Source: Chrysomallon squamiferum (taxonomy: Eukaryota > Animalia > Mollusca). From it: a stretch of DNA of 64,000 nucleotides. Positions 28,623 to 40,975 of the stretch are shown one piece after another (the stretch's first letter is position 1; each line of letters starts with the position of its first letter). The stretch is from the NCBI GenBank assembly GCA_012295275.1, contig CM022665.1, positions 31,992,001-32,056,000 of the forward strand, read 5' to 3'. The translations under genes were made by a program, and so were the position numbers. The notes beneath the pieces are model-generated. The model saw nothing but the letters and a program-made list of their open reading frames with translations. It was not told where the DNA came from and did no database searches.

Positions 28623-29001
28623 TAATCAGACATACATAAGACAGAGAATATTCAAAATCCTAAACTACATACTTGCCAGTGCTAGGTTTCCCACAAAAAA
28701 TAGATATACACAAAAATGACCAAAGACAAAGAACAGTGTGCTTTGCTGGAAGCGATTATTACCCTCGGTTATTGAGCAACCTTTTTTAATGTTGTCTCAA
28801 TGGTCCAACAGTAATATTGTCTGCCTTCAGAGTGCAGGTGAATGGGTGTCATACATTCGAATCTCTTCTATGGCATCTGACAGGTGAGGTCATGATTGGA
28901 CTTTGTCCTCCTGTACCAGTGTGTTCCCAAATACTGTCTATGTGCAGAGTTTAATCAGACGTACAAAAGACAGAGAATATTCAAAATCCTAAAATACATA
29001 C
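28623..29001 (+). mobile_element. ~280-bp insert containing a tRNA-like (SINE-type) segment, flanked by 50-bp direct repeats
   Basis: 28623-28672 and 28952-29001 are identical at 47/50 positions. The interior has TGGTCCAACAGTAA (A-box-like) and ATTCGAATC (B-box-like) and retains several CpGs. It sits in a (TACA)n tract. Confidence 0.55.
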
Positions 29002-29160
29002 ATATATACAGAGATACATGAACTGATACATCATATCCATTAATATAAAAATATGTTGAGATGTTGTAAAATGTTTATTCATTCAGAATACAGTGTATAT
29101 CATCTCATCCACATAAATATTCTGTCACATACAGTTAGTGATACCAGGATTAATTTGTAG

Positions 29161-31024
29161 TTTCGTGTACAAAAACATAATTATGTTAAACCTGATATCC
29201 ATCAGAGTACTTAGCACTGAAACAAAAGGTGTATCATATCATTAAATATAAATTTCTTTCTTCTGCTTAGTATTTTTATTACAAGTATATTTAAAGATAT
29301 AAGTGTATTTCATGTCATATCAATAGAGTCCAGAGCAGCCTATGAAGATATTGAAGATGTTGCAGTTGAAACAGACATAAGAAATATCATCTTTGGCAAT
29401 GATGAGTCATTCATTTAGTTCACACTGACCTACTCATCACAATGGAGCATTACATCTAAACATAGCCTTGATATTAATATATCAATTCCAAACTGAACTG
29501 AACTTTGGTTCAGGAGAAAATTACATCAGTATTTGAAGAATCCTCAAAAAAACTGACATGTCAAATATGACACCTTTTTTTTATACATATACAAAAGAAG
29601 ATTAAAGATTAAATTTTCCAAGAATGCATTCATTTGTTTTGTCAGTTGTAGATGAAACAACACATTTTTTATACACACAAAAGAAACTGAAGGATAAATT
29701 TTTGTTTTGTTTTGACAACTATAGATGAAATTGGTTGAAAACTAATTTCAAGTAGCAAAGGAATGTGTCAGGATTAGAAACAATTTATTCAGTTTACAAA
29801 GACAAGGTAATCAGTGCTTATATATTACTTATCCAGGCAAGAGAAAGCCAATTTTCAGATGAAAAGTTAAGTATATGTATATGTCATACATCTTATGCCA
29901 TTCTTTTAAATACATTCACAGATTCAGTTGTGAAGGTTTAAGTATAATGGGTACACTATGCAGGAATCATTGTCATCAATACAAAACAGAGGTAAGCTTG
30001 TTAATTAACTAATATAGAAAGAAAAGTCTTTTGTCAGTCTACTCTAATAAGCTATGGCTAGAACCAATGCCAACCTTCTTATTTTAGTACAAAATGTCAG
30101 TATATATATTCTCACATAACTATACATCCATACATGCATACACATACTGACATACATCTATAATTCAGAGATAAGTCCACCATAGATAGATATCTGAAAA
30201 TATATTATATTTAAAAAGAAAACTGATCATTTGGAAAAAAAAAAATTATTTACACAGTTTTACAAAAGATGAGTAGAAAGTGAAAATGGATTTTGTTTTA
30301 ATTTTTTCAAAATTAAAAAATGCATATCTATAGTGTTCAGTTTTTCTATATTTCTGTATACCAGCATCAAAATAATAATTTATAAATATATAAAAAAGCT
30401 AATCCATGATTTTTACTATAGCAAATACAAAACATTTTCTGGTATGTTGTGATTACTTTTACAATTTTTTTTATGTTTTACATACTTTCAGCTGGTGCTG
30501 TTGACTGAAGGCAAAGTAGCCATATTTATGTCTGGCAAGCAAACTGGAATGAAATCATGGCAATTTACTCAGCAATTCAATATTTTAGAGCAACATAACT
30601 GATCCAGAAGTTTGTTTACAATTCAACAAGCATCTATGACCCTTTCCAATAATTGGCCAATCAAATGTCAATTTACATTCACTGCAAGCTTGTCAAGAGA
30701 TTGACCTTCCATGAACCAGACTATGAGGTCAAGTCTTCCAAACCAAATGAGGAAGAAATTAGCTGAGTTTGTTTCAAACATGAAAGACAACACATGCAGC
30801 ATGTTTTAGGTTTCATGAAACAGAAAGATCCTGATGTTAAGTATATAATGTCTTGAATGACATTTAACTTCTTTAATGGGAAAAACCATCCAGACAATAT
30901 AGGGCTACTTGAAATGAATGACTTCTTTGATGAGTTTTGGGAGTTAAGATATGAAGAACTACAAAAAGCAATGTCATGGTATCTTGAAGACATTTTGTTG
31001 GGAGTGGATAAATATAATAATTAA
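29161..31024 (+). pseudogene. Decayed multi-exon protein-coding gene of unknown family (~480 codons)
   Basis: Exons ~29161-29228, 29271-29865, 29922-29991 and 30492-31024 join in consistent phase (2,2,0) across introns of 42, 56 and 500 nt (e.g. CACAG|A...GAG|GTAAGC, TTTCAG|CTG). Exons 2-4 carry 9 internal stops (6 TGA, consistent with CGA>TGA decay) and 2 frameshifts in ~400 codons. AATAAA at 31057-31062. Peptide includes FSCEGLSIMGTLCRNHCHQYKTELVLLTEGKVAIFMSG and IGLLEMNDFFDEFWELRYEELQKAMSWYLEDILLG. Confidence 0.7.
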
Positions 31025-31229
31025 AAGAAGCAACCCAAAATAATGACAATGAAATCAATAAATGTAAAATGAAATAAAAACTGATGACAAGTAATAAATG
31101 TTAAGTAAATGATAAAATAAAGACCAATGAAAGAAACTGTAATGAATAAATATATAACTTGTTCCCACAAAAGGGTACATGAAGTGTTTGTTCTGATATT
31201 AACAAAAATATGGAATATAAGATTTATAA

Positions 31230-32206
31230 ATTAGTGATCTCAAGATTGTATAATGTCACAACAGTAATGTAGCTGAAATTGCTCTCAGTGACTTTGAGTA
31301 CCAAATGTGGAAACAAGTTGCATGTTTTTTTTATATCTAAAACACTGGAGTTTAAATGTCAGTTAATTATATTCAAAAGATCATTTAAAAAATGAAATGT
31401 TTTTCATCAGTATACAATTCACAGGCCATATGTTTTATATAATATCTAGAACTGAAAATATTTTGTTATTACAACAGAAGCATTCACAGACATCATTAAG
31501 GTAAAATATTCAAAAATTTTAATTTTACATTTGTGAATGAAATATATATCTTAAATATGTTTGCTTCTAATATTTTGCTTGCTAAGATCCACTGTTACAG
31601 GAGAATTTTTATTCTTAATCCAAACAATTTTTTTTTAATGGAAAAAAAATTCAAAGATGTAAATGATGATAAAAAAAGCACCTGCATTCATTATAGGAAT
31701 TGCAACAGAAAGTTATCTAAGATAATGAAATTTTCCTAAAAGTGAAGTTCACTTTGACATAACTAAAGTGTTTGTTTCAGCAGGAGTTCATGGTTCCAAT
31801 GTAAGCCCATTGATAAGAACAGATTAACTGATGTGGGAGTGCTTTACACCTGCATGTCATAATGTAATTCTAGAACACTTATAAAAGCCATCTTGACCTT
31901 TCCAACAGTTTTCCTGTAGCTGTCAAACTCATCTCTTTTAGACTGCATTCAAATTAGCTGCTGATATTGGGAATGACAGACACTGCATGTAAGCAATTTT
32001 CCTCCAAAACATCCAATTAAATTCACACAGGCACATTCTGCAAACATTAAATCTGCACATTCTTCTCCAGTTTTAACAGCACTGATTCAGAATTGTACTA
32101 AGTGAAGAGGCTGTAGCTTAGCTGCTGCATGATTCCTTGAGAAACAAATGTTTGCAGGATTAATCTTTCTGATCATACCCATTTCACTATTTTCTGTTCT
32201 AACCAT
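31230..32206 (-). pseudogene. Decayed Cys-rich protein-coding gene, convergent with the 29.2-31.0 kb pseudogene
   Basis: From ATG 32206, ~115 codons with only two stops (both TGA): MVRTENSEMGMIRKINPANICFSRNHAAAKLQPLHLVQF*ISAVKTGEECADLMFAECACVNLIGCFGGKLLTCSVCHSQYQQLI*MQSKRDEFDSYRKTVGKVKMAF. It continues after a frameshift, with a possible 90-nt phase-1 intron at 31681-31592. The 3' limit is approximate. Confidence 0.55.
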
Positions 32207-34017
32207 TGTCTTATGACTGGCTAATCAATAGCCATGGTTATTTTTGGTATTTATTATTTATTAGAACATCCTTTTGTTATTTTTGTGGAATTATACAACA
32301 AACACGTAGCATTAAAATATAAATATATGGAGATGTACTAAAATTAATATAATGGTGGATACAAAAAGCCACAAACATGCTATTTTAAAAACTATGAAGT
32401 TCATAAGAAAAAAGAAAAAAAAATTAAGCTTCACATGAAATGATACAATATAATAATAATAAAATCATTAAATCATATAAAATTATTTTAAGTTTTAACA
32501 GAATAACACATCATTCAAATGTGTCACCTAAATGTAATTTAATTATTCCAAAATTTGGATACATACAGCTAGTTCATCTCTTCTTGAGCTATTCTTTGCT
32601 ATTTTGTATTAATTTGTTATTCTAGAAGAAGCACTCTACATGTTAACAAGCTGCAGTGGATGTATTCCAAGTATATGTCAAAATTACTGTTTAAAAACAA
32701 AACAAAACAACAAAAAACAATGACTGAAGATATTTTTTTCAACAGTTATTTTCTTTTGAACATGCTTCCATTCACTTGAGTGCAAGATTTTCTTTCAAAC
32801 ATGATTTAGTGATAAAGAAGAATGTCATTATTTTCTTTAAAGTAGCATTTATTTGTTGAAAAATGCACTGCACATACATTCTTCTTATACCAGTTTCATG
32901 TTTTGTGTTCATATTCTATTTTTCTTCCCCCTCACCCCATATTTTCATGCTTTTATCTGTTCAAGTTTTTACTGGTAGAAATATAGTAGAAAAAAACAAG
33001 AAAAAAAACAAAACGATTCTTTAACATCCAAACAAAAATGATTTAAATTTACAGTTATTACAGGAAGAAAAACATGTTTATATCTATTGTGGTGTCTGAT
33101 AGTCAGATAATAAAAAATATGATGATTAAATATTAGTATGTCATCACTGTCATATATAATAAACCTGATTGTAATTTTTAACTGCAAGTTGAATATTTGA
33201 TAAAGAAAGTACTGTAATGTTTAGTAAAGATATTTGACAATTATGGTGCTGCAAAAAAACAAAAACAAGTATAACTAAAAAGGTTTTTGCCTTTATCATG
33301 TAGTGAAAATATATTAAACATCTGAACTGTTTTCTTTTTTTTTTTCTTTTTTTCTAGATTTATTGAATTAAGTGACAAGGAAATAATACTGGGAATTTTA
33401 TGTCTCCAAATATAACACTGGTGGCATTACACTTGTACTATTTAAATAATATTTAAGTAGAATTTACAACATTACTAGTCAGTTGTAAGGATTATAACAT
33501 ACACAAGGCAGTATATACCATCATGTTTATGTTATTAGATGCCTTAAAGAAACCTTTAAATTTAAAAATGATTCCACGTCCATAAATGTGACTTGAAAGT
33601 AACTTCCTCAACTAACAATTCAAGGCTCATTTCTTTCCAGAATTAAGCAATGAAATTTGAAAAGAAAAAAGGAATAATGGTTAAAAAGATACCTATAGTA
33701 CCAAGTGATGCATTCTGAATCATTTATCTTTCTTTTAATGCAAATACCACTTAAGAGTTAAAAGAAAGGCTGATGAGATAAAACAAAACAAAAAATTATA
33801 TATATATACTTCACATTATCACAAGCTGTTTGTAATTGCCAAGAAAAACCCTGCAATAATAAAAAATAATAATAAAAAAAAATTAAAAAAAATTCATCTT
33901 TCCGCAGACACAAAGCACAGTTTGAAAACCAGATGGCTTGGAACATCAATGATAATGGTAAATGTCAAAACGACATTTTGACAAGTGCAGATTTGTCTGC
34001 ACAGACATGTGGCAATG

Positions 34018-34030
34018 TGAACTTTGACCT
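34018..34030 (-). promoter_or_regulatory. DR1 nuclear-receptor element AGGTCA-A-AGTTCA
   Basis: Exact DR1 (RXR/HNF4/COUP-TF type) inside a GC-richer block, 33900-34230. Confidence 0.3.
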
Positions 34031-34973
34031 GTATGAAAGGTGTATCTGAAGTGACTGTTGTTCTTTTACAACCTTAATTCTTTGATCCTGCTTAGCTCTG
34101 CAAGATCAGCTGGTTAAAAGCATGTTCCACAGCCTGCTTCCAGTATCTACATGAGCTTCTGATAAAGCATGGACTGCTAATTTTACACTTCTGTAAACCT
34201 CTTTGGAACAGAGCTTAGCCAGATTTCTCTACTTTTTTTCTTTTTTTGTTGATTTTCTTGACTGATATTTAAAAAAAAGAAGACAGTCAGCATTAAAAGG
34301 ATTGGTGAAAGAGAAAGGGAGGGAAAGAGAAAATACAGAAAAAAAAGAAAGAAAAGATGGGCAAGTCTAACAGGAATTTGATACTGAGAAATAAAATGAC
34401 AGAAAAAAAAAAGAAAAAAGAAATGGAATGAAAACAGAAAAAAATAAAAATCAGTATAGTAAAATAATATCTGAAGATATCCATATTCAAGAGACCAGAA
34501 AATATTGATAAAAATATCTGAAAAGAAATATATTTAGTCAAAAACATTAACATCATTATTACATGTTTTGGTTTTTCCATTAAATAAAATCAGTATCCAA
34601 TGTTTCACTTCAGTAAAAACAGTTCAACAAATGTAGCTTTTTAGTTAGCATTCTATAATTGCTTTGAAACTTGGAAAATTTCACCACAATACAGTATACT
34701 TTCTCAAGGTTATAACAATAACCCTGAACTTGACAAAACACATTTTTCATCAGAACAGAAACCACCAGAAATGTGTTTTGCCAACATCATAAACCAAAAT
34801 ACTTTTAATGTGTTGTTTTTCTGTCAGCACATGGAAACAACTAACAATCAAAACACAGAAAGTATTGTGGTTAGAAGTTCTTGGATCCATTGTTATTCTG
34901 AAATAGTTAATATGGTTTCCAATCATTTGCATGTAATTCAGACTGTATGTTTTATTTTCAGACCATGTCTACA

Positions 34974-35190
34974 ATGATTCAGCAAATGACTGCCAAAACA
35001 GTGATGGAATTGGAGAACAAAAGCTTTAATAGATTATTTAATGTAATAGACTGGAAGAAGCTTAAAAGCATATTATAATTTCAACAGAAAAGGTATCACT
35101 ATATTTAACCCACTATGTCTGTGATGATTCAGACAATGTCTGCCTAGATATAGAGATGGAACTGGAGAAAAAAGTTTGAATAGATTATCC
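34974..35190. repeat. Diverged direct duplication, 150-bp period
   Basis: ATGATTCAG..AATG.CTGCC....GATGGAA.TGGAGAA.AAAAG.TT.AATAGATTAT at 34974 and 35124. Confidence 0.7.
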
Positions 35191-36094
35191 ATTTTGAAAA
35201 CAAGCTAAAAACTGTAGATGTATTAGTGTGTCATTTTCATTAGAAAACATTTTAAGCATGCATGTCCAGGGTATATCAGAGAATTCTGTATAAGACAGGT
35301 GTTTGAAAGATACAATTTTGGTCAGATTTATTTCAGATTAATTTTTGAATGTTAGTAGATCATTCTGAATATTAGCAGGCATGTACCATAATCTGGTTCC
35401 AACAGATACACAAAACATTAACAGACTTCTTATCTGAATGCTGTTTTGACTAAATCCATTTTCAAATGTTATACGATCATTATTTTTTATAATGCTGCTG
35501 AATGTGTATTTTTTCTTGATCTCTTAAAATGCTGTCAGTCTCACATTTAATATTGTTTTGGGGTTCTTAGCCTCAAATTATATATTTTTTAAAGTGTTAT
35601 AATATGCCAAATTGCCAAATAATATTGGTTTATTATTTCATAATGCAAAATAAAATATAAATTAAGTTGAATAACATGCTGTAGCATAGTAAAAGACTAA
35701 ACTGAAAATTTAAACCTGCTGATTAACCACAATCATTATTCAATAGACATTTCCTAAATCCTCAAAAACAGTGCAACATTTATGTATCCATGAGGCTGCA
35801 ACTATTTAATATTAACAAAGCTATGTGACATTTTCAAGATAATCAGACAGATGGCTTTGGGAATCAAAATGAGTCATTAATAAATCATGATATCGAGATC
35901 AAAGAAAATAACCATTCATTATAACAGACCACCAACTACTGGTCAACAGATCTGAAGACATCACAGTATGTCATCAAAGACCACCCTGTTATCCACAACA
36001 TGAGTTCTGCAGTCTGTGTCATTAAGCTTTCCCCTTGGACAATTATAATTATAATTATATTGGTAATATAATGTTTAATACAACACTAAAATTA

Positions 36095-36380
36095 CCAGAG
36101 GCACCTTTCTATCTGCAATATAAAGTATACAAATGTACACAAACATTAACAGGGCTAACCTATGACTATACTGTCATTCAGCTGTATTAAAACTAAAAAA
36201 TATTAAATGCAAGTCTTAGAATTATTGCAAAACTGAAGAAATACAGAAGGTCACCTGGCTATCCTGCTAGGTACAAAGTGTACAAAGTATGCAAGTAATA
36301 TAGCCAAGCTCTGACCATACAAGCCAGTGCTATTAAAACTAAAAAGCGTCAAATGGAAAGTATTAGAATTATAACAAATT
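36095..36380. repeat. Diverged ~147-bp tandem dimer
   Basis: CACCT..CTATC...AAAGT.TACAAA...TATTAAAACTAAAAA...AAATG..AAGT.TTAGAATTAT occurs twice. Confidence 0.7.
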
Positions 36381-37507
36381 ACAAGTGTGTCTGCCAAGCA
36401 GATCAGTTAAGACCAATTCTCTACCAATGAAGACCACCAGTCACAATTTCTGAAACAGTCACCTGGCACCTTTCTGACAATGTCATCATAACACAGCCAG
36501 ATGATATTGGTCTGTCACAACATTATCACAACTAGTTATGCTAAATTCATAGTGACAGTATAGCAATACAATTAATAAAGTACAAAAACAGCACATTACA
36601 AGGTTTCTTAACAGATTGAATAAAGAGTAACAAAGACCATAATAATTTCATCTGTTCATAGACACACAGTGAAATATATTTCATAATAAGAATTACTTAT
36701 ATATAAAAAAAAATTAAAAATTCAGTTAAGCTTTTTATTCAATGAATGTAATAATGTATACTACCTGTAGAATGAATATGGAATAACATACCAAATGCTT
36801 TTTGTAATGGATCATAAACTAAAACAACACACATACATACACATGTTCATCTCTCTCTCTCTCTCTCTCTCACACACGTGCACACCATACACACTGTAGA
36901 CATTCCTCTTTTTTTCACAAATATTATAAAATTATAGTTAGCAATCCATTTCTTCTTCTTCTTTTTTTAATGGTTTATTTCAACAGTAACAAAAAACAAA
37001 TTGAATTAATCAACATTATCTGTATCTAATGATGTGACAAGTTAATAATGTTATTAGGCAATCAAACAGTAATAATAATAATAATAATAACAATAACAAC
37101 TCAAAACCTATATGATAAGCATCAAATTAATGAGAAGAAAAAATCTGTAAGATACAAAACCTTTAAATTTTAAATGAAGTGACAGCTATTCAAATACATA
37201 TATATATATATATATAAAACATCTAAAAATGTATTTTAAAAAACCCAGCTATAATGTCAATAAAAATATTAAAAAACATGGCACTTATAAAAATCATTGA
37301 AGTTTTAATCTATCCTTTAATCTAATAATGCTGACTTGAAAAGACATTAATCAGGGCAGATGGAAAATATCTTTTCACAAATGTATAACAAGCATAGAGT
37401 AACAAAGACCATAAAGTAAAAATGTAGGTAATATTTACAGCCAGAAACACACAGAGATTACACTTTATCACATTTCATTCACTTTTTGTTATATATTTGA
37501 TTCTTAC

Positions 37508-37570
37508 CTTGGAATTGTAAGTCTTCGGTTCTGCAGTATCCCAAACAGTTATAATATAGTCCAGAACCAT
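37508..37570 (-). CDS. Candidate (alternative) first coding exon, MVLDYIITVWDTAEPKTYNSK, of an unidentified minus-strand gene
   Basis: atcATGG (A at -3, G at +4), 21 open codons, strong phase-0 donor AAG|GTAAGA. In-frame TGA TGA upstream (~37631-37636). Retains a CpG in a CpG-poor background. Confidence 0.5.
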
Positions 37571-37919
37571 GATGATATTGAATTTTAAAAAGAAATCACT
37601 ATATATCCAAAACAGAGATATTTGTATGAATCATCAACACATGAGAAAATGAGATTCAAATTTTTTTTTCATATATATATATATATATATTTATATATAT
37701 TCAAAGACAAATGTTTTTCTTATTAATAGTTCATGTAAGTGAAAAAAAGAAAACATCACTAAGAACAGGTCAGAAATAAATATTTCAAATTTTAGACCAT
37801 CTAGAAGTGTAAGTTCAGAATAAACTTAATAAGAAGAAAGAAGAAAATTTCCAAATTATATGGAGAACACTCCTTGTCATTATTCACTGAATTGTAATTT
37901 CACAAGTGTTATTAAGATA

Positions 37920-38130
37920 GTTCCATTGACAACTGTTGAGTAGGTGCACTATGAGGTATTGTGAAACTATCACAGAGATGATTCATTCTCAACCAATCAC
38001 AATCTGTGTAAGATCCTGGTATGGTGGGCCTCACAGACAGAGAGGAATCATGTACCAAAACATAGCTGTAGCATGGCTGGCATGGTGCCAAGATTGGCCT
38101 CAAGCCAAAACAAGAGGCACATCTAGGGAT
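37920..38130 (-). promoter_or_regulatory. Candidate promoter upstream of the MVLDY exon
   Basis: GC-richer island 350-560 bp upstream (minus sense) of ATG 37570 with two NF-Y-type CCAAT boxes: AACCAATCAC (37991-38000) and GATTGGCC (38092-38099). Confidence 0.3.
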
Positions 38131-38844
38131 TTATTAACATAATTCTCATTTTCTTATACAATGGTGAACAAAACTGATCAGTTGTAATAAAAATTTTGAT
38201 TAGATTGAGCCATAAAAGATTTCTATAATGCCCCATGTAATCCTTTAACAAAGGAACAAGTGGTAATAAAATACAGAAGTTATAATAATATTCCATGCAA
38301 TTTTGTTTTCTGCAGAACTGTAGCAACTGGGTATTAATATTCACACTGTTTTACAAGACAGTTATTTTATTTGTGTTATAATAAAAATGATATTTGGGTA
38401 TTATTATCTGACAAGGGAAAGAGTTTTCAAATTGATGGTTATCAGCTATAAAGCCTATGGAAATTGATAACAACAATATTGCATCCCTTTGAAAATAATC
38501 ATCACACACAGTAACAAGTTTAACTGAGAGATTAAAATTAACTAAAAATGAATTGTAAGCTATTATTTGTCACAAGTTAAAAACGTAAAAAAAACAGAAT
38601 GAAAAATCCCTGCTAATGACAGTATCTTGAAACTTTTAATAATGAAAGAATGAATAACCAAAAATAGAAGTAAGATCTCTAAACAGAGAAAAAATAAATA
38701 ACATGTTGTATTATTTAGCTATTAGTAAATGAAAAAACAAAAAATGAAAATAATCACAAAAGATTAAAAAATAATAATGAAAGCATAATATTTAAAAACT
38801 TAGTAGCCAGTTTTATAAACACTTTGAAAATGAACTCAATTGTT

Positions 38845-39000
38845 AGAGATATGGCTGAAATGTCTTGGATAAAAGAATCAGTTATTCTGAGAAAACTATT
38901 AGACTATCTTCTATTCCTGCCCATGTCCCACAACAGATTTATCATATGCTAAAATGTTTATTGAAAGGTTCATATAAAAGATCCTTTGCTGCTAATTAAT
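38845..39000 (+). mobile_element. Decayed SINE
   Basis: ...GTCCCACAACAGATTTATCATATGCT...GAAAGGTTCATATAAAAGATCCTTTGCTGCTAAT. Confidence 0.65.
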
Positions 39001-39119
39001 TAATAAAAACACCCACTGAATGAAAACCAAGTATGACATCATTAAATAAAAGTAATATATACCTGTCAATTTATGAATATTAACTTATTACATGTTGATG
39101 TGCTGCAAAAGAAATTATT

Positions 39120-39655
39120 ATTCATTTAGTTATTATCAACAGATACAAATGAGAAACCACTAACAGCTAGTTCTTCAACATGTTATAAATAATATTAACT
39201 TGAGTTATGTAGTTATTACAAAATAGTGAGTGATAAGAAATCAGTGACTGATGTGAGATGTAACTAATTACTTGGGTTATTTAGTTATCAACAGTAACAA
39301 AATAATGATGAGTAATAACAGCTTAGTATCTCGTGTGAGATGTAATTGAATCAATTAGGTCAGTTTTATTACTTGCGTTATTACATTATAGTTAACAACA
39401 GTTACAAAGTAATGTTGACTAATAATAGCTGAATAACTCTATGAGATGTGACTAATTACTTATTTTATTTAAAAACAGTTCCAAAATAATGATTAGTAAT
39501 AACAATAACAGCTCAGTAACTCATTAGATATGTGACTACATTAGTTAAATCAATGTTATTACTTGTGTTATTTAGTAACCAAGTTACAAAATAATGATTA
39601 GTAATAACAACAAAAACTCAATAATCCACATGAGATGTGACTGTATTATTACTTC
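39120..39655. repeat. Degenerate minisatellite (~70-105-bp units)
   Basis: Recurring GTTACAAAATAATGA.TAGTAATAACAGCT.AGT...TGAGATGTGACTAATTACTT. Confidence 0.75.
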
Positions 39656-39994
39656 ATTTTTTAGGTTAAAAGAAATGTACTGTTTGTGATTGGCTTATTA
39701 TTTATTTTTAGTTTACTGACTGAAATTTTGTAAAAAGTCTGTATTAATGGTGTTGGTTAAAAAAAATAATAATAATAATAAAAATAATTAATAAATTATA
39801 CCAAAAATATATATATATAATAAGAAGAAGAAGAAGAAAAAATAAATAAAGAAAAATAAATAAAATAAATAAATGAAAGAAATCCAAGCCCAAAAAAAAA
39901 AATAATAACAATAATAAATAAATAAATAATACAAAATACATAATTAGAAAGAGAAAAACAAAGAGGAAAGCAGGAGAGTAAATATAGTGAAAAA

Positions 39995-40975
39995 CATCAA
40001 TTTCAAACCCTGTGAATACTTAACTATCAGATGTTACAAATGATGAATAAAAATTCAAATGAAAATAGACAGCAGAAAATGCCAAAATAAAAGAAAAAGA
40101 ACTGAAAGTCAGAACTGTATGAATATTTATATATGTAGATATGTTACAAAATGATAAATGAAGATTCAAATGAGAATAGATAGATGGCAGATTTTTACAA
40201 CAGAGGTTTGACCAACAAAAAACAAAAAAAATCTGGAAATGAAACAACAAAAAGATGTATGACTGTGAGCCTCTGATTGTGGTGAATATTATAAATTCAC
40301 AAAATTATGTAACAGGATGTTCTATTTTCAAAAGATAACAGAAAAATGGCAGATATTTACAATCACAATTTTGAAGAAAATAGTGGAAAGAAAGACTGAA
40401 TAGAAATTTCAGAATCTGAAGAATGTTTTAAGGTTTACATATTACAAAATGACCAATGCAGATTTAAAGTGGAATATAATCCTTACACTATCATTTTGTA
40501 GGAGAACAATGAAAAAAAAAGAAATAATGAACACTGAGTAGTGATTGATATTTCAGAACAATGAATAAATGTTCAAATGAGAATAGTTTTTTTCTTTTTT
40601 TTTTGAATATCAGACTGAAAGAAAAGAAAAAGGTATGAGGGGTATATTTCAGAACTTGGTGAATATTTAAGACATAATACATATTATAGAATGATCAATG
40701 AAGTTTCAAACAGGAATATTTAGATTTAAAAACAAAAGGAAACAAAAAGAAAGAGAAATATCAGAATCTGGTGAAAATATATCAGAAAAATTACTACTTT
40801 TCAAACAACAATAGAAAGATGGCAAATTTTTGCTACATAAGTCTGAAGGAGAACAAAAAAGAAGTCAAGAATGATGGGTAAATTTCAGAATCTGCTGAAT
40901 ATTTAAGAAGTAGATATGTTACAGAATGATAGATCAGTTTTCAAACAGGAATAGAAATATGGCAGATTTTCACAC
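39995..40975. repeat. Degenerate ~130-bp tandem array, ~7 units
   Basis: Recurring ATTTCAGAATCTG.TGAATATTTAAG...ATGTTACAAAATGA...TTCAAA...AATAGA.AGATGGCAGATTTTT. Confidence 0.75.

Noticed and set aside
28673-28951. Possible hammerhead/retrozyme in the direct-repeat-flanked insert
   Set aside because: No CUGANGA...GAAA core with supporting stems found on either strand.
37529-37546. VWDTAE resembling the small-GTPase WDTAGQE motif
   Set aside because: Lacks the essential GQE and any P-loop; coincidental.
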